A stretch of DNA of 64,000 nucleotides from Eledone cirrhosa (lineage: Eukaryota): NCBI GenBank assembly GCA_964016885.1, contig OZ024759.1, positions 2,480,001-2,544,000 of the forward strand, in the 5' to 3' direction. This document shows, piece by piece, positions 60,501 through 64,000 of this stretch. Position 1 is the first letter of the stretch. The number at the start of each line of letters is the position of its first letter. Under the pieces are notes generated by a model. The model was not told where the DNA came from and made no database searches. It saw nothing but the letters and a program-made list of their open reading frames with translations. Both the position numbers and the translations under genes were made by a program.

Positions 60501-63330
60501 CTCCTCACTATTTGAGGTAACAAAGAGGTTGAAGTTCTGTTTCACCCATGTTTCTACCTCCTCAATAGTTGAGGTAACAAAGAGGTTAAAGTTCTGTTTC
60601 ACCCATGTTTCTACCTCCTCACTATTTGAGGTAACAAAGAGGTTAAAGTTCTGTTTCACCCATGTTTCTACCTCCTCAATAGTTGAGGTAACAAAGAGGT
60701 TAAAGTTCTGTTTCACCCATGTTTCTACCTCCTCACTACTTGAGGTAACAAAGAGGTTAAAGTTCTGTTTCACCCATGTTTCTCCCTCCTCAATAGTTGA
60801 GGTAACAAAGAGGTTAAAGTTCTGTTTCACCCATGTTTCTACCTCCTCACTATTTGAGGTAACAAAGAGGTTAAAGTTCTGTTTCACCCATGTTTCTACC
60901 TCCTCACTTCTTGAGGTAACAAAGAGGTTAAAGTTCTGTTTCACCCATGTTTCTACCTCCTCAATAGTTGAGGTAACAAAGAGGTTAAAGTTCTGTTTCA
61001 CCCATGTTTCTACCTCCTCAATAGTTGAGGTAACAAAGAGGTTAAAGTTCTGTTTCACCCATGTTTCTACCTCCTCACTATTTGAGGTAACAAAGAGGTT
61101 AAAGTTCTGTTTCACCCATGTTTCTACCTCCTCACTACTTGAGGTAACAAAGAGGTTAAAGTTCTGTTTCACCCATGTTTCTACCTCCTCAATAGTTGAG
61201 GTAACAAAGAGGTTAAAGTTCTGTTTCACCCATGTTTCTACCTCCTCACTATTTGAGGTAACAAAGAGGTTAAAGTTCTGTTTCACCCATGTTTCTACCT
61301 CCTCACTACTTGAGGTAACAAAGAGGTTAAAGTTCTGTTTCACCCATGTTTCTACCTCCTCAATAGTTGAGGTAACAAAGAGGTTAAAGTTCTGTTTCAC
61401 CCATGTTTCTACCTCCTCACTATTTGAGGTAACAAAGAGGTTGAAGTTCTGTTTCACCCATGTTTCTACCTTCCTCACTATTTGAGGTAACAAAGAGGTT
61501 AAAGTTCTGTTTCACCCATGTTTCTACCTCCTCACTACTTGAGGTAACAAAGAGGTTAAAGTTCTGTTTCACCCATGTTTCTACCTCCTCACTATTTGAG
61601 GTAACAAAGAGGTTAAAGTTCTGTTTCACCCATGGACCTAGCTCCTGACTAGTTGAGGTAACAAAGAGGTTAATGTTCTGTTTCACCCATGTTTCTACCT
61701 CCTCAATAGTTGAGGTAACAAAGAGGTTAAAGTTGTGTTTCACCCATGTTTCTACCTCCTCAATATTTGAGGTAACAAAGAGGTTAAAAGTTCTGTTTCA
61801 CCCATGTTTCTCCCTCCTCGCTAATGAGGTAACAAAGAGGTTAAAGTTCTGTTTCACCCATGTTTCTCGCCCCACACTAGTTGAGGTAACAAAGAGGTTA
61901 AAGTTCTGTTCCACCCATGTTTCTCCCCCCTCACTAGTTGAGGTAACAAAGAGGTTAAAGTTCAGTTTCACCCATGTTTCTCCCTCCTCACTACTTGAGG
62001 TAACAAAGAGGTTAAAGTTCTGTTTCGCCCATGTTTCTACCTCCTCACTATTTGAGGTAACAAAGGGGTTAAAGTTCAGTTTCACCCATGTTTCTACCCC
62101 CTCACTAGTTGAGGTAACAAAGGGGTTAAAGTTCTGTTTCACCCATGTTCCCCCTCCTAACTAGTTGAGGTAACAAATAGGTTAAAGTTCTGTTTCACCC
62201 ATGTTTCTACCCCCTCACTAGTTGAGGTAACAAAGGGGTTAAAGTTCTGTTTCACCCAGTTTCCCCCTCCTCACTAGTTGAGGTTAAAGTTCTGTTTCCC
62301 CCATGTTTCTCGCTCCTCACTATTTGAGGTAACAAAGAGGTTAAAGTTCTATTTCACCCATGTTTCTCCCTCCTCACTAGGTGAGGTAACAAAGAGGTTA
62401 GAGTTCTGTTTCACCCATGTTTCTACCTTCCTCACTAGTTGAGGTAACAAAGAGGTTAAAGTTCTGTTTCACCCATGTTTCTACCTTCCTCACTAGTTGA
62501 GGTAACAAAGAGGTTAAAGTTCTGTTTCACCCATGTTTCTACCTCCTCAATAGTTGAGGTAACAAAGAGGTTAAAGTTCTGTTTCAACCATGACTCTTCC
62601 TCCTCACTAGTTGAGGTAACAAAGAGTTTAAAGTTCAATTTTCACCCATGTTTCTACCTGCTCACTAGGTGAGGTAACAAAGAGGTTAAAGTTCTGTTTC
62701 ACCCATGGTTCTCCCTCCTCACTAGTTGAGGTAACAAAGAGGTTAAAGTTCTGTTTCACCCATGTTTCTACCTCCTCACTAGTTGAGGTAACAAAGAGGT
62801 TAAAGTTCTGTTTCACCCATGTTTCTCCATCCTCACTACTTGAGGTAACCAAGAGGTTAAAGTTCTATTTCACCCATGTTCCTCCTTCCTTACTACTTGA
62901 GGTAACAAAGAGGTTAAAGTTCTGTTTCATCCATGTATCTCCCTCTTTACTAGTTGAGGTAACAAAGAGGTTAAAGTTCTGTTTCACCCATGTTTCTCCC
63001 TCCTCACTAGTCGAGGTAACAAAGAGGTTAAAGTTCTGTTTCACCCACGTTTCTACCTCCTCACTAGTTGAGGTAACAAAGAGGTTAAAGTTCTGTTTCA
63101 CCCATGTTTCTCCCTCCTCATTAGTTGAGGTAACAAAGAAGTTAAAGTTCTGTTTCACCCATGTTTCTATCTCCTCACTAGTTGAGGTAACAAAGAGGTT
63201 AAAGTTCTGTTTCACCCATGTTTCTCCCTCCTCACTAGTTGAGGTAACACAGAGGTTGAAGTTCTGTTTCACACATGTTTCTACCTTCCTCAATATTTGA
63301 GGTAACAAAGAGGTTAAAGTTCTGTTTCAC
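54540..63330. repeat. Three dispersed copies of a ~0.9-1.0-kb block of more diverged monomers (~54540-55550, ~58290-59300, ~62440-63330)
   Basis: The ordered markers CATGACTCTTCC, GAGTTTAAAGTTCA, CTGCTCACTAGGTGAGG, GTAACCAAGAGG, TTCATCCATGTATCTCCCTCTTT and TAGTC[G/C]AGG occur three times. ORF offsets 54562/58306 (+3744) and 58828/62865 (+4037). Confidence 0.88.
60170..61630. repeat. Homogenised sub-array of three monomer types (CAATAGTT, CACTATTT, CACTACTT) with an incipient 171-bp trimer period
   Basis: Monomer-by-monomer reading between the two 58-bp monomers at ~60330 and ~61470 gives C A B A B A C A B C' A A B C A B C A B (A=CAATAGTT, B=CACTATTT, C=CACTACTT). No indels and no ACTAGT. Confidence 0.85.
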
Positions 63331-64000
63331 CCATGTTTCTACCTCCTCACTAGTTGAGGTAACAAAGAGGTTAAAGTTCTGTTTCACCCAAGTTTCTCCC
63401 TCCTCACTAGTTGAGGTAACAAAGAGGTTAAAGTTCTGTTTCACCCATGTTTCTCACCCCTCACTAGTTGAGGTAACAAAGAGGTTAAAGTTCTGTTTCA
63501 CCCATGTTTCTACCTCCTCACTAGGTGAGGTAACAAAGAGGTTAAAGTTCTGTTTCACCCATGTTTCTCCCTCCTCATTAGTTGAGGTAACAAAGAGGTT
63601 AAAGTTCTGTTTCACCCATGTTTCTCCCTCCTCACTATTGAGGTAGCAAAGAGGTTAAAGTTCTGTTTCACACATGTTTCTCCCTCCTTACTAGTTGAGG
63701 TAACAATGAGGTTAAAGTTCTGTTTCACCCATGTTTCTACCCCTTACAAGTTGAGGTAACAAAGAGATTAAAGTTCTGTTTCACCCCTGTTTCTACCTCC
63801 TCCCTAGTTGAGGTAACAAAGAGGTTAAAGTTCTGTTTCCCCCATGTTTCTCCCTCCTCACTATTTGAGGTAACAAATAGGTTAAAGTTCTGTTTCAGCC
63901 ATGTTTCTCCCCCCTCACTAGTTTAGGTAACAAAGAGGTTAAAGTTCTGTTTCACCCATGTTTCTCCCTCCTCACTAGTTGAGGTAACAAAGAGGTTGAA

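Larger units (their letters stand above)
1..64000. repeat. 57-bp tandem satellite array (~1,120 head-to-tail monomers), running off both window ends
   Basis: GGTAACAAAGAGGTTAAAGTTCTGTTTCACCCATGTTTCT[A/C]CCTCCTCACTAGTTGA recurs on every line from base 1 to 64000 in the same orientation. Most monomers differ from consensus by only a few substitutions or 1-bp indels (55-58-bp variants). The 19-aa periodicity of all ORFs confirms the period. Confidence 0.99.

Noticed and set aside
220-63646. The many 60-404-aa ORFs on both strands as protein-coding genes or a giant repeat protein
   Set aside because: All are translations of the same 19-codon monomer. Frequent 55/56/58-bp monomers shift the frame every few hundred bases, there is no unique N- or C-terminal domain, both strands are equally open, and many listed starts are alternative codons inside the repeat.
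160-63930. TTTAGG / TTAGG as telomeric repeat
   Set aside because: It occurs singly as a G>T variant of TTGAGG in one monomer type and never in tandem.
1-64000. CRISPR array (conserved segment plus variable segment, GTTTC motifs, short hairpin)
   Set aside because: The variable segment is only a point-mutated version of one sequence, not a set of unique spacers. No leader or cas genes are present, and variants recur in duplicated blocks.
1-64000. Diversity-generating or antigenic-variation cassette array (DGR template, vls/msp-like silent cassettes, integron attC array)
   Set aside because: There is no reverse transcriptase, recombinase, expression locus or cassette cargo. Variation is not adenine-specific, does not preserve frame, and is explained by duplication plus point mutation.
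1-64000. Synthetic concatemer or rolling-circle sequencing artefact
   Set aside because: Variants are shared, ordered and hierarchically nested over kilobases, which indicates descent by duplication rather than random read error. Individual near-perfect duplications could still be assembly errors and need read support.

Overview
The whole 64,000-bp window is one uninterrupted, head-to-tail, single-orientation tandem array of a 57-bp monomer (about 1,120 copies by length; consensus GGTAACAAAGAGGTTAAAGTTCTGTTTCACCCATGTTTCT[A/C]CCTCCTCACTAGTTGA, about 40% GC, no CpG). It has the architecture of eukaryotic satellite DNA. I cannot assign a species or a named satellite family. I saw no unique sequence, gene, RNA gene, transposon, inversion or CRISPR spacer. 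Every ORF in the track is a by-product of the 19-codon monomer, which is stop-free in one frame per strand and is frameshifted repeatedly by 55/56/58-bp monomers. The real structure lies in the variant pattern. There is no fixed higher-order repeat but a nested set of recent tandem duplications (offsets of about 740, 851, 2218, 2330, 3298, 3458, 4318, 4712 and 5453-5795 bp). The set of diagnostic monomers turns over near 46-48 kb. A homogenised patch at 60.2-61.6 kb shows an emerging 3-mer (171-bp) period. The monomer itself has 11-bp sub-repeats and a dyad centred on ACTAGT. I found no positive evidence for a new protein-coding or defence system; the findings concern satellite organisation and evolution. 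Duplication boundaries were read by eye and are approximate (roughly within one monomer).
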